Assembly: GCA_944383415.1 (NCBI GenBank)
Contig: CALWPK010000004.1
Location: 44,197-108,196 of the forward strand
From: an uncultured Clostridia bacterium
GTDB lineage: Bacteria > Bacillota > Clostridia > Christensenellales > UBA1242
Direction: 5' to 3'
DNA: 64,000 bases
Under the pieces are notes generated by a model. It did no database searches. It saw only the letters and a list, made by a program, of their open reading frames with translations, and was not told the DNA's origin. The translations under genes were made by a program, and so were the position numbers. Shown one piece after another: positions 19,232 through 30,213 of the stretch. Numbering within the stretch: position 1 is the stretch's first letter; the number at the start of each line of letters is the position of its first letter.

Positions 19232-19283
19232 ATTCCCTCCTTCAAGAGAATGATAGACAAATTTTCAATATTTAAACATAAAT

Positions 19284-19709
19284 TTAAAAACTTCCTAAAA
19301 TTAATGGCCATCCAATGATAGAATATTCATCATAGCAAGCAATTTGAATATTAACGTTTTCGTCCTCGACCTTGACGAATCGATTTATTTTATCCGTATA
19401 CGCATAGATCACGCTAGCGCCCGAATCTAAATGCTCTGTATAAACTATATTCGCATCCAAACTCTCTAGTCCTGCTACGGGTTCAAAGTTGTATATCTTC
19501 ATACTTTCTCCTATGATTTCATCGGGGTTTTCAATTTTTCCATAATTCATATAGCAACTGCCGAGAAAGATATAATTTTCTCCCGCAGGAGTTGATGTGT
19601 ATGCATAATATTCTCCTTGAAAATAATCCAATAGGGTAAAATTTGTATTATATCCTACGTTTCCAATTAAAATCAAAAATATGATGATCACAGCAAATAG
19701 TTTTTTCAT
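19284..19709 (-). CDS. secreted hypothetical protein
   Basis: 141 aa with signal-like MKKLFAVIIIFLILIG. Same strand as the M23 gene and directly upstream of it. Confidence 0.5.
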   Translation of the reverse strand: MKKLFAVIIIFLILIGNVGYNTNFTLLDYFQGEYYAYTSTPAGENYIFLGSCYMNYGKIENPDEIIGESMKIYNFEPVAGLESLDANIVYTEHLDSGASVIYAYTDKINRFVKVEDENVNIQIACYDEYSIIGWPLILGSF

Positions 19710-19960
19710 ACTTTGATTATATGGTCAAAATCTTGATTTTAATCATTAAATTCAAAAGAATAATGTAAAAAGGTTCAACTTTTTGATATTTTGTAAAATA
19801 GTTTTGAAAATTAAATTCATTGCATTTTATATCCTTCTCTTTTAAAAAAAATTTTCACGACTATATCTTAAACACATCCTCTACTAGTCCCAATGCTTAA
19901 TTTCTGACTGTTTTTACGTTGTGATTTTAATTTTTTATGCTGTTAATAAATATTTAAAAT

Positions 19961-20914
19961 CTATATGCCGAAAATATCGTATAGATATAAATAAGACAAA
20001 ATACCTGTGGTATTTTTAAAATAGTCTTTCATCTTTTTCAATATATCATTTATATTTTCTTCGCTAAATTCATCGCAAATTGACAGTCTATCCAAAATCG
20101 CATTTCTGCACTTGTCGCAAAGAGTGTTGATACAATTGAAATTCAAATTGATGACGTTACTAAACATTTCATTGTTCGCCATAGCATAAAACTTATCTAC
20201 CAGTGCATAATTTTCTTTAACTGATTTATATATATCAACCATAGACAAAGTTTGATTCTTTATTGACTTTACCAGCAATGAAAACGCACTGATTAGCAAA
20301 TAGTCAACGATAGGCAAATATTTATATTCAATTTCGCAAGCCCTTAAGATTTGAATATCAACAAATTCAAAATCCTTGTCAACACTTTTGATCAAATCTA
20401 GACTCCTCGTCTGCGACAACATTTGAATGTCAAAAATCTCATCAAATTGATGTGTTTGAAAATACAATGCATTCTTCAAATAGTTGTAAAACTTATTGAA
20501 AAACAAACTAAAGATCATTTCTATATCAACTACTTCATTTTTCATAATCAAATAGTCGGTATTTATATTTTCTACATTGTTCTTTGTGTCTAAAAAATAT
20601 GGTAGAATAGCATTTTCCGTAACAAAATAAATATTTATGAATTCCGTTCGATCAAAGTCGAGCGAAAGAAACGAATTCAATGAACAAAGATAAATTATGC
20701 ATCTATATCCGTTCATTATCTCGTTTATTTTGACTTTTTCAGATTCTATATTGACTTTATTGAATATCGCCAATTCTTTCACAGTGTCGTAGATATTGGA
20801 AATATCTATGTTGGACGCAGTATTATCAAACAAGAGCATAACTTTTTGATACTTGCATTTTTCTTCTATTATTTGCTTTAGATGTAATAAATAATCACCT
20901 TTCAATATATTCAT
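19961..20914 (-). CDS. hypothetical protein
   Basis: 317-aa ORF, divergent from acpP. No catalytic motif recognised. Confidence 0.45.
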   Translation of the reverse strand: MNILKGDYLLHLKQIIEEKCKYQKVMLLFDNTASNIDISNIYDTVKELAIFNKVNIESEKVKINEIMNGYRCIIYLCSLNSFLSLDFDRTEFINIYFVTENAILPYFLDTKNNVENINTDYLIMKNEVVDIEMIFSLFFNKFYNYLKNALYFQTHQFDEIFDIQMLSQTRSLDLIKSVDKDFEFVDIQILRACEIEYKYLPIVDYLLISAFSLLVKSIKNQTLSMVDIYKSVKENYALVDKFYAMANNEMFSNVINLNFNCINTLCDKCRNAILDRLSICDEFSEENINDILKKMKDYFKNTTGILSYLYLYDIFGI

Positions 20915-21056
20915 ACATCAATTTTAACATAGCCAATGTTGCAAAAGAATGGAGATATGGTCGATATATAAATAAATTTAATGAAATTTATCACAATGAA
21001 AAATTTTTGCTTTACTTTTTACATTTATTATTATAAAATAAAATTAGGAGGCTAAA

Positions 21057-21284
21057 ATGGATGAAAAAATCATAAACTTAATTGCTGACAAACTTGGGAA
21101 GAAAAAAGATGCAATTAAAATGGATTCTCGCCTAGTAGAAGATTTAGGGGCTGATAGTCTTGACGTAGTGGAACTCATTATGACGTTTGAAGAAGAGTTC
21201 GGCGTGTCCCTACCCGATGAAGATGTTTCTAAATTGAAAACTGTGGGAGATATTACAAAATATATTAAAAATATGAAAAAATAA
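21057..21284 (+). CDS. acpP: acyl carrier protein
   Basis: 75 aa with the LGADSLDVVELIM phosphopantetheine site. SD aggagg. Confidence 0.9.
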   Translation: MDEKIINLIADKLGKKKDAIKMDSRLVEDLGADSLDVVELIMTFEEEFGVSLPDEDVSKLKTVGDITKYIKNMKK

Positions 21285-21317
21285 TCGTTTTGATACAAAA
21301 AACGGATAATCATATTG

Positions 21318-21351
21318 AAAAAAACTTTCAGATATATCTGAAAGTTTTTTT
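21318..21351. terminator. bidirectional rho-independent terminator
   Basis: aaaactttcagat (21321-21333) pairs with atctgaaagtttt (21336-21348). It is flanked by an A-run and a T-run and lies between convergent acpP and the 21406 gene. Confidence 0.75.
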
Positions 21352-21405
21352 AATCAAAAAAGAAGTGACTTCAAAAGTCGCTTCAATCAATTCATATTTA
21401 TTTTT

Positions 21406-21990
21406 CTAAACATTGAAATCATTGTCCACTAAATATTCGTAAAGATCAGCAAAATTGGCATTCAAAAGATAATATCTATAATACGAACTATTTGTATTGT
21501 AATCGCCATTTGAATTGTAGTAAGGGATGATATATACTCTCACTTCTTGCATATCGTCAGTACTGCCCACTGAAAATACCAATTCTTTGTAATACACGAC
21601 TTCGCCATCTTCGTCCTTGTATTCATCTCCTCCGTCCATCAATTTTTGAGGATTGTCATACACGAATGACACCTGAAAGTCTGAGGTAGAAGGAACAGAT
21701 GTAGCGGAAGTGGTTGAATTGGTCACTATAGTTGGCTTGTCTGTCAATGTGCCAGAAAATAGTGCTGTCAAACTAGATTCCTTGCTAGCCTGATTGATTC
21801 TATCCAAGATTCCGTCATAGATCTCGCCGTCTGCCTCTCTAAGATTGTTTGACGAATATTTAACGTAGATATAATCAGGATTGTTGCAATTAATCTTATG
21901 ATTGACGTCTACATTCGCCATTATAATAGTAGCGAGTATCAAAACTGCTATTATTGATAAACTCACAATTGCCGTTATTCTCTTTGCCAT
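21406..21990 (-). CDS. membrane-anchored hypothetical protein downstream of ftsH
   Basis: I prefer the ATG at 21990 (MAKRITAIVSLSIIAVLIL) because aggaga lies upstream. One N-terminal TM segment and a Thr/Ser-rich linker. Confidence 0.55.
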   Translation of the reverse strand: MAKRITAIVSLSIIAVLILATIIMANVDVNHKINCNNPDYIYVKYSSNNLREADGEIYDGILDRINQASKESSLTALFSGTLTDKPTIVTNSTTSATSVPSTSDFQVSFVYDNPQKLMDGGDEYKDEDGEVVYYKELVFSVGSTDDMQEVRVYIIPYYNSNGDYNTNSSYYRYYLLNANFADLYEYLVDNDFNV

Positions 21991-22040
21991 AAATTTTCTC
22001 CTATATAATAATATAACAAAGTTCAAATTAAATCAAGCGA

Positions 22041-24347
22041 TTATTTATTGTTTTTGTCATCGTCATTTGCTTGTTTGTCTGAACTTTTAACTTTAACCCC
22101 ATTTTTGTCTTTGCTTTCAGAAATATTTTCTTCTTGCGAATTGTCTTTCGAATCTTTTTGAGTAGACGATTCTAGTTTTTCCTTGTTTTCGACAAGTTCG
22201 TGAAGATCTACACTATTTTTCCCTAGCATTTTATCCAATTCTTGTGCTTCTTTTTCTGCCTCTTTTTTAATATTTTCCAAATCTTGTTTTGTTATAACAC
22301 CAACTCTTGCTAGTGCTTCTGCATTCTCGATTCTCGATTTGATCTCTCTAGTCTTCTTCTCCTCTAGCGCCTCACGTTTTGCTTTCTCTTGATATTCGCG
22401 TTTTTCTTTCTCTTTTTTGTCTATTGCGATTTCCACTTCCTCCACAGACGCCCCATTGAAAAGCATTTCAAATTCTTCTTTGTAGATTGTCTCTTTGTCA
22501 AGCAATATCTTCTCTACCTTTTCAATCACATCCTTCTTGCTAGACAAGATTTTCTTCGCCTGCTCGTGCGCGTTGTCGATAATCTGTTTCACTTCTTCAT
22601 CAATTTTGCAAGCCAATTCTTGACTATATGGCACCTGTCTTTGATAGTCTCTACCGACAAATATCTCTTCGCCTTCGCCAAAACTTATTAGCCCTAAACT
22701 AGCGCTCATTCCCCATTCTGCCACCATCTTTCTAGCGATTTTCGTAGCGCGTTCTATATCATTTGATGCACCAGTCGTAATGTCGTCCAACATCAATTCT
22801 TCAGCAGTACGTCCGCCCAGCATCATAGTGATAGAATCCAACAATTTTTGCTTTGGCATATGGGTTCTATCTTTTTCGTCAAATGTGAGAGTGTATCCGC
22901 CAGCATTACCACGCGGTATGACAGAGATCTCTTGCACATTGTCGCAATTTGGTAAAGTTTCTGCAATAATTGCGTGTCCTGCTTCGTGAATCGCAGTGAT
23001 GTGTCTATCTTGCTCTGTGATCACGCGGGAGACTTTCTTCGGTCCCATCAAGACTTTATTCAATCCCTCTTGAATATCTATCATAGTGATTTTGTATCTG
23101 CCGTCACGTGCAGTAAGCAAAGCCGCCTCGTTCAATACATTCTCTATGTCAGCACCAGCAAGTCCGCTAGTCAAACGTGCTATTCTTTTGATATCCACAT
23201 CTTCACTAAGAGGTTTGTTCCTTGCGTGTACTTTGATGATCTCCTCTCTACCTTTGACGTCTGGCAAATGCACATAGATCTGCCTATCAAAACGTCCTGG
23301 ACGAGTAAGGGCTGGATCAAGGACGTCCGCTCTATTGGTCGCAGCCAAAACTATGATACCACTATTCGTCTCAAATCCATCCATTTCGACTAGCAACTGA
23401 TTGAGCGTCTGCTCTCTTTCGTCATTTCCGCCACCCATTCCAGCACCGCGTTGTCTACCTACTGCGTCTATTTCATCTATGAACACAATGCAAGGTGCAC
23501 TCGCTTTCGCACCTTCAAACAAATCACGCACTCTGCTCGCGCCAACACCCACGTACAACTCAACAAAGTCGCTACCAGATATGCTGAAGAATGGCACTTT
23601 GCTTTCGCCAGCAACCGCTTTGGCTAGCAAAGTTTTTCCCGTTCCTGGCGGTCCCACCAGCAATACGCCCTTAGGGATCCTCGCCCCTAATTCTGTAAAC
23701 CTAGAAGGATTTTTCAAAAATTCGACGATCTCTTTCAATTCCTGTTTTTCTTCTTCCGCTCCTGCCACGTCAGAGAATTTCACATTAGACGATACGACCA
23801 ATCTAGCCTTGCTCTTACCGAAACCAAAACCTTTGCTATTCCCAGACATTGCTTTGAACAAAAAGATTCCAATTACGACAATGATCACGATATTCAAAAT
23901 TGGTAGTATATTAGATATCCAAGATGCTGATTCATACGAATAACTAGCCTCTATGAGCACCGCACCTTCTTTCAAAGTGAGGCTACCATCGACTTTATCA
24001 TTATCGTCAATAACTCCGTCGTCGTTCAAGTCTACATACAGACTATTGTTGTATTCAGTGATAAAAGTGGTCAGTTGATCTACGCTCATAAATGAGCAAT
24101 AAGCATCCACAACATCTGGGAATCGATTTTCATCCACGCCATCAATAGTCCTAATTCTCACAGTGTAGCCATATACATCGATTTCCGCCACCTCACCATT
24201 GGTGACCATCTGTTGAAATTCTGTATAACTGATTTTTTTGTTTCTATCATTATTTGACATCACCCAATACACTAATAGGGCAACCAATACAACTCCAATA
24301 ATAAAGACCAATATAGTTTTCCACGAGTTGTTCTTCTTTTTTTCCAT
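22041..24347 (-). CDS. ftsH: ATP-dependent zinc metalloprotease FtsH
   Basis: Motifs [19 protein letters not shown], the SRH region, and HEAGHAI. It has a long Lys/Glu-rich C-terminal tail of about 150 aa. Confidence 0.97.
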   Translation of the reverse strand: MEKKKNNSWKTILVFIIGVVLVALLVYWVMSNNDRNKKISYTEFQQMVTNGEVAEIDVYGYTVRIRTIDGVDENRFPDVVDAYCSFMSVDQLTTFITEYNNSLYVDLNDDGVIDDNDKVDGSLTLKEGAVLIEASYSYESASWISNILPILNIVIIVVIGIFLFKAMSGNSKGFGFGKSKARLVVSSNVKFSDVAGAEEEKQELKEIVEFLKNPSRFTELGARIPKGVLLVGPPGTGKTLLAKAVAGESKVPFFSISGSDFVELYVGVGASRVRDLFEGAKASAPCIVFIDEIDAVGRQRGAGMGGGNDEREQTLNQLLVEMDGFETNSGIIVLAATNRADVLDPALTRPGRFDRQIYVHLPDVKGREEIIKVHARNKPLSEDVDIKRIARLTSGLAGADIENVLNEAALLTARDGRYKITMIDIQEGLNKVLMGPKKVSRVITEQDRHITAIHEAGHAIIAETLPNCDNVQEISVIPRGNAGGYTLTFDEKDRTHMPKQKLLDSITMMLGGRTAEELMLDDITTGASNDIERATKIARKMVAEWGMSASLGLISFGEGEEIFVGRDYQRQVPYSQELACKIDEEVKQIIDNAHEQAKKILSSKKDVIEKVEKILLDKETIYKEEFEMLFNGASVEEVEIAIDKKEKEKREYQEKAKREALEEKKTREIKSRIENAEALARVGVITKQDLENIKKEAEKEAQELDKMLGKNSVDLHELVENKEKLESSTQKDSKDNSQEENISESKDKNGVKVKSSDKQANDDDKNNK

Positions 24348-25158
24348 TTTTCACCTCAGTAGTTTATATTATAACATAAATCAAAAATATTAACAAATAT
24401 TTTGAATAAATTAAACTTATATTTTCCTATTATGTAAAAAATAATTATAAATTCAAAACTTATTAATATTTTGTTTTTAGTTCGCCAAATATATATATTA
24501 ATCTATATTGTCGAAGAGTTTTGAGACGCTAAACTGACTTTTCGCGTGCAATTCCTTTACGACAACAATACAAAAATAGTCTATCTAATTTCAATCACAT
24601 AATATAATTTAGCCAAACGATAACAATATATCATAGTTCAAGTTGAGTTGTCAACAAAATATTGTTAAGATTTATATTTTTCGAAGATAGTCTGTCTTTA
24701 TGCAAATTTGACTGGTTGTGGATTCATTTTACTTTTTCCTCTTTGAGGGTTAAGTCTGCATTGACTCCTAAACTCTACACTCCCTCCAATCTAAAAAGGA
24801 GATTTGTGATATATTGCCAACTTATTTGATTATATATGAAATTGCATTTAAAAATGAAAAAAACTTGAAGCCACTAGAGCACTTGGCTCGACCTCCAAGT
24901 TTACTTATATATTATACGCAATGAAAAAAAATGTCAACACTTAAAAAATTACATAAGGAGTTTTAAAAATGCAAAAGTTAAATGCATTGCGAAATGAAAG
25001 TTAAAATATCAATATAAGCAGTATGTTTAAAATGCAGTGATAGGTTTGGTTTTGAAACAAATTTTATTATGCAACATAATGAATTGTAGATAATGAAGTT
25101 ATCAAATTAGTTTACAAACAAATCAAATTATGATAAAATTCAATTGAGGAGTAAGTAT

Positions 25159-25929
25159 ATGATGGCTACAATTGGTCTGATCATTGATGTGCTAATAGTT
25201 GGTGTGTTGATCATATTTGGCATAATTGGCTTCAACAAAGGGTTTTTGAAATCATTTATATCCCTATTTAGTTGGATTGTATGCATTATTATTGCAATTT
25301 TTACCGCAAAATATGTCGCAGGTTGGATCAATGGAGTATATGATTTTTCTGGATTCATAGGTGAAAAAATCGCGAACGGACTTATTGACACAAATGAATT
25401 CTTCGCTCGTGCTATTAGCGAATTTGAAAACACTCAGCAAATCATAGATAGTTTACCTAGCGATTTGAACGGATTGTTGCGACAACTCATTAAGGTCGTA
25501 TTCTCCAATACTTCAGTAGATATGACTAGCACTGATAGCATTGCCAGCGTGGTCGGATCTTCTTTGGGACATATCTGTATGGTCATCATAGCAGGAATTT
25601 TGGTATTCATAGTATTGAAAATCGTGGTAGCCCTGCTCTCAAGATTGTTTGACAATATTGCCCGCACCAAGATTTTGGGCGGACTAAACAAAGTCATAGG
25701 ATTGCTTTTTGGCGTGCTGAAAGCAGGATGTGTCATAGTTCTCTTAAATTGCATTTTGGTAGCACTATCCTTGATCCCAGCAGTCAACGATACTATCACC
25801 CCACTCATTCAAGACAACACCCATATTGAAAAAGTGATCTATAACACAACTGACGATTTCATAGAAAAATATATTATAGAAGGTGATTTATTAGACGACT
25901 GGATCACTGATTTGTGGAACTCACGTTAA
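25159..25929 (+). CDS. cvpA: CvpA-family membrane protein
   Basis: Start moved to the ATG at 25159 (gaggag 7 nt upstream). IDVLIVGVLIIFGIIGFNKGFLKSF is a typical CvpA N-terminus. Multiple TM segments. Confidence 0.7.
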   Translation: MMATIGLIIDVLIVGVLIIFGIIGFNKGFLKSFISLFSWIVCIIIAIFTAKYVAGWINGVYDFSGFIGEKIANGLIDTNEFFARAISEFENTQQIIDSLPSDLNGLLRQLIKVVFSNTSVDMTSTDSIASVVGSSLGHICMVIIAGILVFIVLKIVVALLSRLFDNIARTKILGGLNKVIGLLFGVLKAGCVIVLLNCILVALSLIPAVNDTITPLIQDNTHIEKVIYNTTDDFIEKYIIEGDLLDDWITDLWNSR

Positions 25930-25940
25930 AAGGAAAATTT

Positions 25941-27170
25941 ATGAATTTATACGAAACATTAAAAGATAGAAATTTATTATATCAATCAACGGATGAAGAA
26001 AAGTTGAAAACTTTATTATCGACTGAAAAAATTACAGTATATTCAGGTACTGATCCTACAGCAGATAGTCTGCATATAGGGCACTGCGTACCTTGCACTA
26101 TTTTACGCCGTTTCCAGCAGGCTGGGCACAAAGTTATCATACTAGTGGGAGGTGCAACTGCGGCGATAGGCGATCCTACTGGCAAAACTGATATGCGTCC
26201 AATGTTGACAAAAGAGCAGTTGAAACACAATATAGAAGGAATCAAACGTGCGTACAGCAAGTTTTTGCGTTTTGATGGGGACAACCCCGCTATAATTGTC
26301 AACAATGCCGATTGGTTCAATGGTTATGATTATGTGGACTTTATGCGTGACGTTGGAGTTCATTTCAATGTAAATAAGATGATGACTAACGAGATTTATG
26401 CGAAGCGTATTCAAGAGGGTGGACTCACGTTCTTTGAAATGGGATATATGCTGATGCAGGCTTATGACTTTTTGTATCTAAATAAAAAATACAACTGCGT
26501 GTTGCAATGGGGAGGTGCAGACCAATGGGGAAACATTGTCGCTGGTGCGGAACTCGGTAGAAAAATGAACTTTATAGACAACAAAAATCGTGTTATGATA
26601 GGTGCCACCAATCCTCTACTTCTCACTCCAGAAGGAAAGAAGATGGGCAAGACAGAAAAGGGGGCAATCTGGATAGAAAAGGACAAGATATCAGCATACG
26701 ATTTCTATCAGGGAATTTATCAGACTCCTGACGCCTGCGTAGAGATGATGTTCGCCCTATTCACAGACATTCCTATGAATGAAGTGCGTAGCATCATAAA
26801 ATCTGACATAGTGGCAAGCAAAAAGCGTCTTGCCTTCGAAATTACAAAGTTTATTCGAGGAGAGCAGGACGCTATCGATGCTGAAAAAATGAGCACAAAC
26901 TTGTTTTCGTCTAATGGTATAGACAAAGGCAATGCTCCTAGCGTGGAACTTGAGATCAATGGCGAAGAAATCGGCGTGCTGGATCTATTGACTCTTGCTA
27001 AATTCACTCAATCAAATGGCGAAGCAAGACGTTTGATTCAGCAAAACGGACTGAGTATGGATGGCGAAAACATCTCTGATCCTCAAATGAAAATTGATAT
27101 GGAAAAATTGAAAAACGGTATCTTATTCAAAAAAGGGAAAAAAAATTATCTGCTTATTAAAACAAAATAA
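25941..27170 (+). CDS. tyrS: tyrosine--tRNA ligase
   Basis: Start at the ATG 25941 (MNLYETLKDRNLL). HIGH-type motif LHIGH, KMSKS-type motif KKMGKT, and an S4-like C-terminus. Confidence 0.95.
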   Translation: MNLYETLKDRNLLYQSTDEEKLKTLLSTEKITVYSGTDPTADSLHIGHCVPCTILRRFQQAGHKVIILVGGATAAIGDPTGKTDMRPMLTKEQLKHNIEGIKRAYSKFLRFDGDNPAIIVNNADWFNGYDYVDFMRDVGVHFNVNKMMTNEIYAKRIQEGGLTFFEMGYMLMQAYDFLYLNKKYNCVLQWGGADQWGNIVAGAELGRKMNFIDNKNRVMIGATNPLLLTPEGKKMGKTEKGAIWIEKDKISAYDFYQGIYQTPDACVEMMFALFTDIPMNEVRSIIKSDIVASKKRLAFEITKFIRGEQDAIDAEKMSTNLFSSNGIDKGNAPSVELEINGEEIGVLDLLTLAKFTQSNGEARRLIQQNGLSMDGENISDPQMKIDMEKLKNGILFKKGKKNYLLIKTK

Positions 27171-27301
27171 TTTGAACTTCCCTAAGATATATCAAAAAGG
27201 GTATCTTTGGGGAAAAATATTGTCGATTGAAGATGATATACTGGTCAAATCAATAGAAATAAGCAATATACCAAACGACACTCTTTAATACCATTAGCAC
27301 C

Positions 27302-27338
27302 AAAAGAACTGTTATGCAAAAAACATAACAGTTCTTTT
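27302..27338. terminator. bidirectional rho-independent terminator
   Basis: gaactgttatg (27306-27316) pairs with cataacagttc (27324-27334), flanked by aaaa and tttt. Confidence 0.7.
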
Positions 27339-27484
27339 CTATAAAAATGCAAATTTGTAATCTATGAAATATATAATATCTACCAAAAAATGATGAAATT
27401 ATAATCTTTCAAGGCAAATTAGTGAGTGAAATGCAATATCTTCAATTATCTATTCTTTTTGTTTTATAATATTTTGATAAAATA

Positions 27485-28177
27485 TTACTTATTATTTTTA
27501 TCATCGTTTTTTTGATCAAATTTATCTGAGTCTATAGATTTCTCTTCGCTTTGATCATTTGTCAATTCTTGATGGGCTTCACTCTCTTTTGATTGTGTTT
27601 GAGAGGCAATAGATATTTCTTTCGAGTCTTGCTCAGTCACATCTTTTGTCTCAGTAAGAGCCGTGTAGTGCGGAAGTTTTTTTTCGAGTCTACATTCGTT
27701 AGCCAGATCAAGAATCTGCTGGCAAAGTTTATCTATATCCTCATTTATATATCTTAAGATTATTTTGTCTCTAGACTTTGACTTTATGAAAATTTCAATT
27801 GATCCTGTATCCTTTTTCGCCAACTTATCCATTAGCGTGCGTTTTGGTTTCACTTCGAATACTTGAGATAGGTCTATTGCGGTATCATAAAGTAGCGATT
27901 TGACCACCAAACAATTGTTATACAGCAAATATACTCTAATCTTAGACGAATTCTTGTACGTACGCACGCTTTGGACAATACAATACACTAGCACGCATAT
28001 ATCAATTAGCCAAATATACCACTTCATAAATTGAATGACTAGATATATCACGGCGAACAACAATAAAATGTTGGACAAAATCAACAATACCGCCAACCAA
28101 AAAAGATGTTGATGTTCATCAATCGTTATTTCTTTGATCAATTTACCTGGCACTAATTCTTCTCTTTTCGTTCTCAC
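27485..28177 (-). CDS. membrane protein with bacterial PH-like (YdbS/YdbT-type) domain
   Basis: Two TM helices followed by the LVVKSLLYDTAIDLSQVFEVKPKRTLMDKL.GSIEIF pattern. Acidic/Lys-rich tail. Confidence 0.5.
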   Translation of the reverse strand: MRTKREELVPGKLIKEITIDEHQHLFWLAVLLILSNILLLFAVIYLVIQFMKWYIWLIDICVLVYCIVQSVRTYKNSSKIRVYLLYNNCLVVKSLLYDTAIDLSQVFEVKPKRTLMDKLAKKDTGSIEIFIKSKSRDKIILRYINEDIDKLCQQILDLANECRLEKKLPHYTALTETKDVTEQDSKEISIASQTQSKESEAHQELTNDQSEEKSIDSDKFDQKNDDKNNK

Positions 28178-28185
28178 ACTATCTC

Positions 28186-29280
28186 CTATACATTAAATTT
28201 GAATACAATAATATCTCCATCCTGCACGACATAATCTTTTCCTGCACTGATTATTTTTCCTTTTTCTCTACAGAGGTTATAATCTCGAAGGGTGATAAGA
28301 TCTGAATATTTCACGACATCAGCACGAATAAATCCTCGTTCAAAGTCGGTATGAATTTTCCCCGCTGCTTGTGGGGCGAGTGTACCCTTTTTGATCGTCC
28401 AGGCACGCACTTCTTTTTCTCCTGCGGTGATGAAACTGATTAGCCCCAATAGGTGATAACTCGCTCTGATTAGTTTGTCCAATCCAGACAAATCAATCCC
28501 CAATTCAGACTTGAACATCTCTCTATCTTCTGGATTCATATTGACTAACTCTTCTTCTGTCTTGGCACAAAGAGAGATGACCTCCGCGTTCTCTCTGCTC
28601 GCCAATTCTTCAATCTTCTTGATATTCTCATTTTGAAAATCGTCCAATGTATCAGATGTGTTCGCCACATATATCACGGGTTTTGTCGTGATGAGGAAGA
28701 AACTATCCACGATTTTTTTATCCTCTTGATTGAAGTCTAGCACCCTTGCAGATTTCCCTTCTTTCAGCACCTCCAAAATTTTTATGAGCAATTCATACTC
28801 TTTTTGCGTTGCCAAATCGGCTGATCCACCGTGCACAATCTTTTTAATCTTGTCTAGCCTCTTGGATACAGTATCCATATCTGAAAATATCAATTCTAGA
28901 TTTATCGTCTCAATGTCTCTTAGCGGATCGACCGAACCTTCTACGTGAATTATCTTATCGTTTTGAAAGCATCTGACCACGTGCACTATCGCATCCACTT
29001 CTCTAATATGACTCAAAAATTTATTTCCAAGTCCTGCACCCTCGCTGGCACCTTTGACTAGCCCTGCGATATCTACGAATTCGATCTGCGCTGGAATAAT
29101 TTTATTTGTATTATATAATCTAGCCAATTCTATCAATCGCTCATCATATACATCCACTACTCCCACATTTGGCTCTATTGTACAGAATGGATAGTTCGCG
29201 GATTCTGCGCCTGCTTTTGTGATTGCATTAAAAAGTGTACTTTTCCCAACATTTGGTAGCCCAACGACCCCTAGTTTCAT
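28186..29280 (-). CDS. ychF: redox-regulated ATPase YchF
   Basis: Start at the ATG 29280 (MKLGVVGLPNVGKSTLFNA) with gggaga upstream. TGS-like C-terminus. Confidence 0.95.
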   Translation of the reverse strand: MKLGVVGLPNVGKSTLFNAITKAGAESANYPFCTIEPNVGVVDVYDERLIELARLYNTNKIIPAQIEFVDIAGLVKGASEGAGLGNKFLSHIREVDAIVHVVRCFQNDKIIHVEGSVDPLRDIETINLELIFSDMDTVSKRLDKIKKIVHGGSADLATQKEYELLIKILEVLKEGKSARVLDFNQEDKKIVDSFFLITTKPVIYVANTSDTLDDFQNENIKKIEELASRENAEVISLCAKTEEELVNMNPEDREMFKSELGIDLSGLDKLIRASYHLLGLISFITAGEKEVRAWTIKKGTLAPQAAGKIHTDFERGFIRADVVKYSDLITLRDYNLCREKGKIISAGKDYVVQDGDIIVFKFNV

Positions 29281-29344
29281 AATTTCTCCCAATAAAGTAA
29301 TAATTTATAAATATAATAATATACTAAATCAAAGAAAAATTCAA

Positions 29345-30094
29345 GTGATTGAGATAATTAAGTATATTTTCATAGGATTTATTCAAGGTTTGACCGAATT
29401 CTTACCAATATCTAGTAGCGGTCACATTGTTTTGTTTGGGTCAATGTTCAATCTAGACAACCTGTTGCTCATCAGTGTGGTAGCACACGTCGGCACACTA
29501 TTCGCAGTCTTATACTGCTATCGAAAGCAAATATTCACACTCATCCGCCACCCTTTCAACAAAACTAATCTAAATCTGATCATCGCCACTGTGCCTACCG
29601 TGATTTTAGTTTTGCTATTCAACACTTTTTTTGAAGACAGTTTTTCTACCAAGACGCTCGTATGGGGGTTTTTGATTTCCGCAGTCCTACTCTTCATCGC
29701 CGATATGAAAAAGGAAAGTTTCAAGCCAGTGAACAAACGCTCTGCGCTCTATATGGGTCTATCTCAAGGACTGGCACTCCTGCCTGGCATTTCAAGGAGC
29801 GGAGCAACTCTTGTGTGCGGACTGCTGGTAGGTGTTGAAAAAAATCAGGCACTCGATTTCTCTTTCCTGATGAGCATACCAATAATTATCGCCAGTGCTG
29901 TGTATGAATCAATAAAACTCTTTTCCGCTCAAATCACTATCAATTGGCTAGGAATATTCATAGTTATGATCACGTCATTTATTTTCGGAATTCTATCGAT
30001 TAAAATTATGCTAAAATTGGTTAAGAAAAATAAATTATATTTCTTCAGTATATATTTAATCGTTCTAAGTTTAATTGTATTGATATTTTTCTAG
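29345..30094 (+). CDS. uppP: undecaprenyl-diphosphate phosphatase
   Basis: GLTEFLPISSSGH and PGISRSGAT motifs. The ORF-track start at 29219 overlaps ychF. GTG 29345 gives a typical N-terminus, but the exact start is uncertain. Confidence 0.85.
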   Translation: MIEIIKYIFIGFIQGLTEFLPISSSGHIVLFGSMFNLDNLLLISVVAHVGTLFAVLYCYRKQIFTLIRHPFNKTNLNLIIATVPTVILVLLFNTFFEDSFSTKTLVWGFLISAVLLFIADMKKESFKPVNKRSALYMGLSQGLALLPGISRSGATLVCGLLVGVEKNQALDFSFLMSIPIIIASAVYESIKLFSAQITINWLGIFIVMITSFIFGILSIKIMLKLVKKNKLYFFSIYLIVLSLIVLIFF

Positions 30095-30171
30095 CAAACT
30101 TCATAGGTGTTTTCATTCGCTTACCTGCGGTAAAAAATCATTTCCTACAATTTGATTGCCAAATTAATATC

Positions 30172-30213
30172 ACGAAAAATTCTCCCAATATCTAGCAGAA
30201 TACGAAAAATTCT
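30172..30213 (+). promoter_or_regulatory. two 12-bp direct repeats ACGAAAAATTCT spaced 30 bp apart, upstream of the XRE gene
   Basis: Exact copies at 30172-30183 and 30202-30213, 140-180 nt upstream of the HTH gene. Confidence 0.35.

Noticed and set aside
21362-21384. A second hairpin (gaagtgac / gtcgcttc) as the dedicated terminator of the 21406 minus-strand gene.
   Set aside because: On the minus-strand RNA the central pair becomes a C-A mismatch, leaving 4+3 bp. The neighbouring symmetric hairpin at 21318-21351 is a better bidirectional terminator.
22041-22090. FtsH and the unrelated PH-domain membrane protein (27485-27530) both end in ..N/DDDKNNK.
   Set aside because: The match is a short low-complexity Lys/Asn/Asp tail in an A/T-rich genome. 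The DNA similarity is limited to about 20 nt and fits compositional convergence. There is no evidence for a shared signal.
22389-23943. Several long plus-strand ORFs (for example 23401..23943 at 180 aa, 22974..23393 at 139 aa) lie inside the ftsH locus. Similar antisense ORFs lie inside mfd, tyrS, ALDH, ADH, the Ca-ATPase, relA and other genes.
   Set aside because: They lie entirely antisense to genes with unambiguous conserved motifs. They have Ser/Leu/Phe-rich shadow composition and lack SD sequences. I treat them as antisense shadows.
24860-24937. Tiny minus-strand transcription unit (ttgaca, 15 nt, tataat, then an immediate hairpin plus T-run) as an sRNA gene.
   Set aside because: The predicted transcript would be little more than the terminator hairpin (~45 nt). 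The stem has mismatches and the spacer is short. I kept it only as a note within the ORF-free-region finding.
25000-25160. T-box or other riboswitch leaders upstream of cvpA-tyrS, of the gltX operon (48034-48300) and of prs (60360-60845).
   Set aside because: I could not find the conserved T-box sequence (..GGTGGTACCGCG-like) or specifier/antiterminator geometry by eye. A covariance-model scan would be needed to exclude them.
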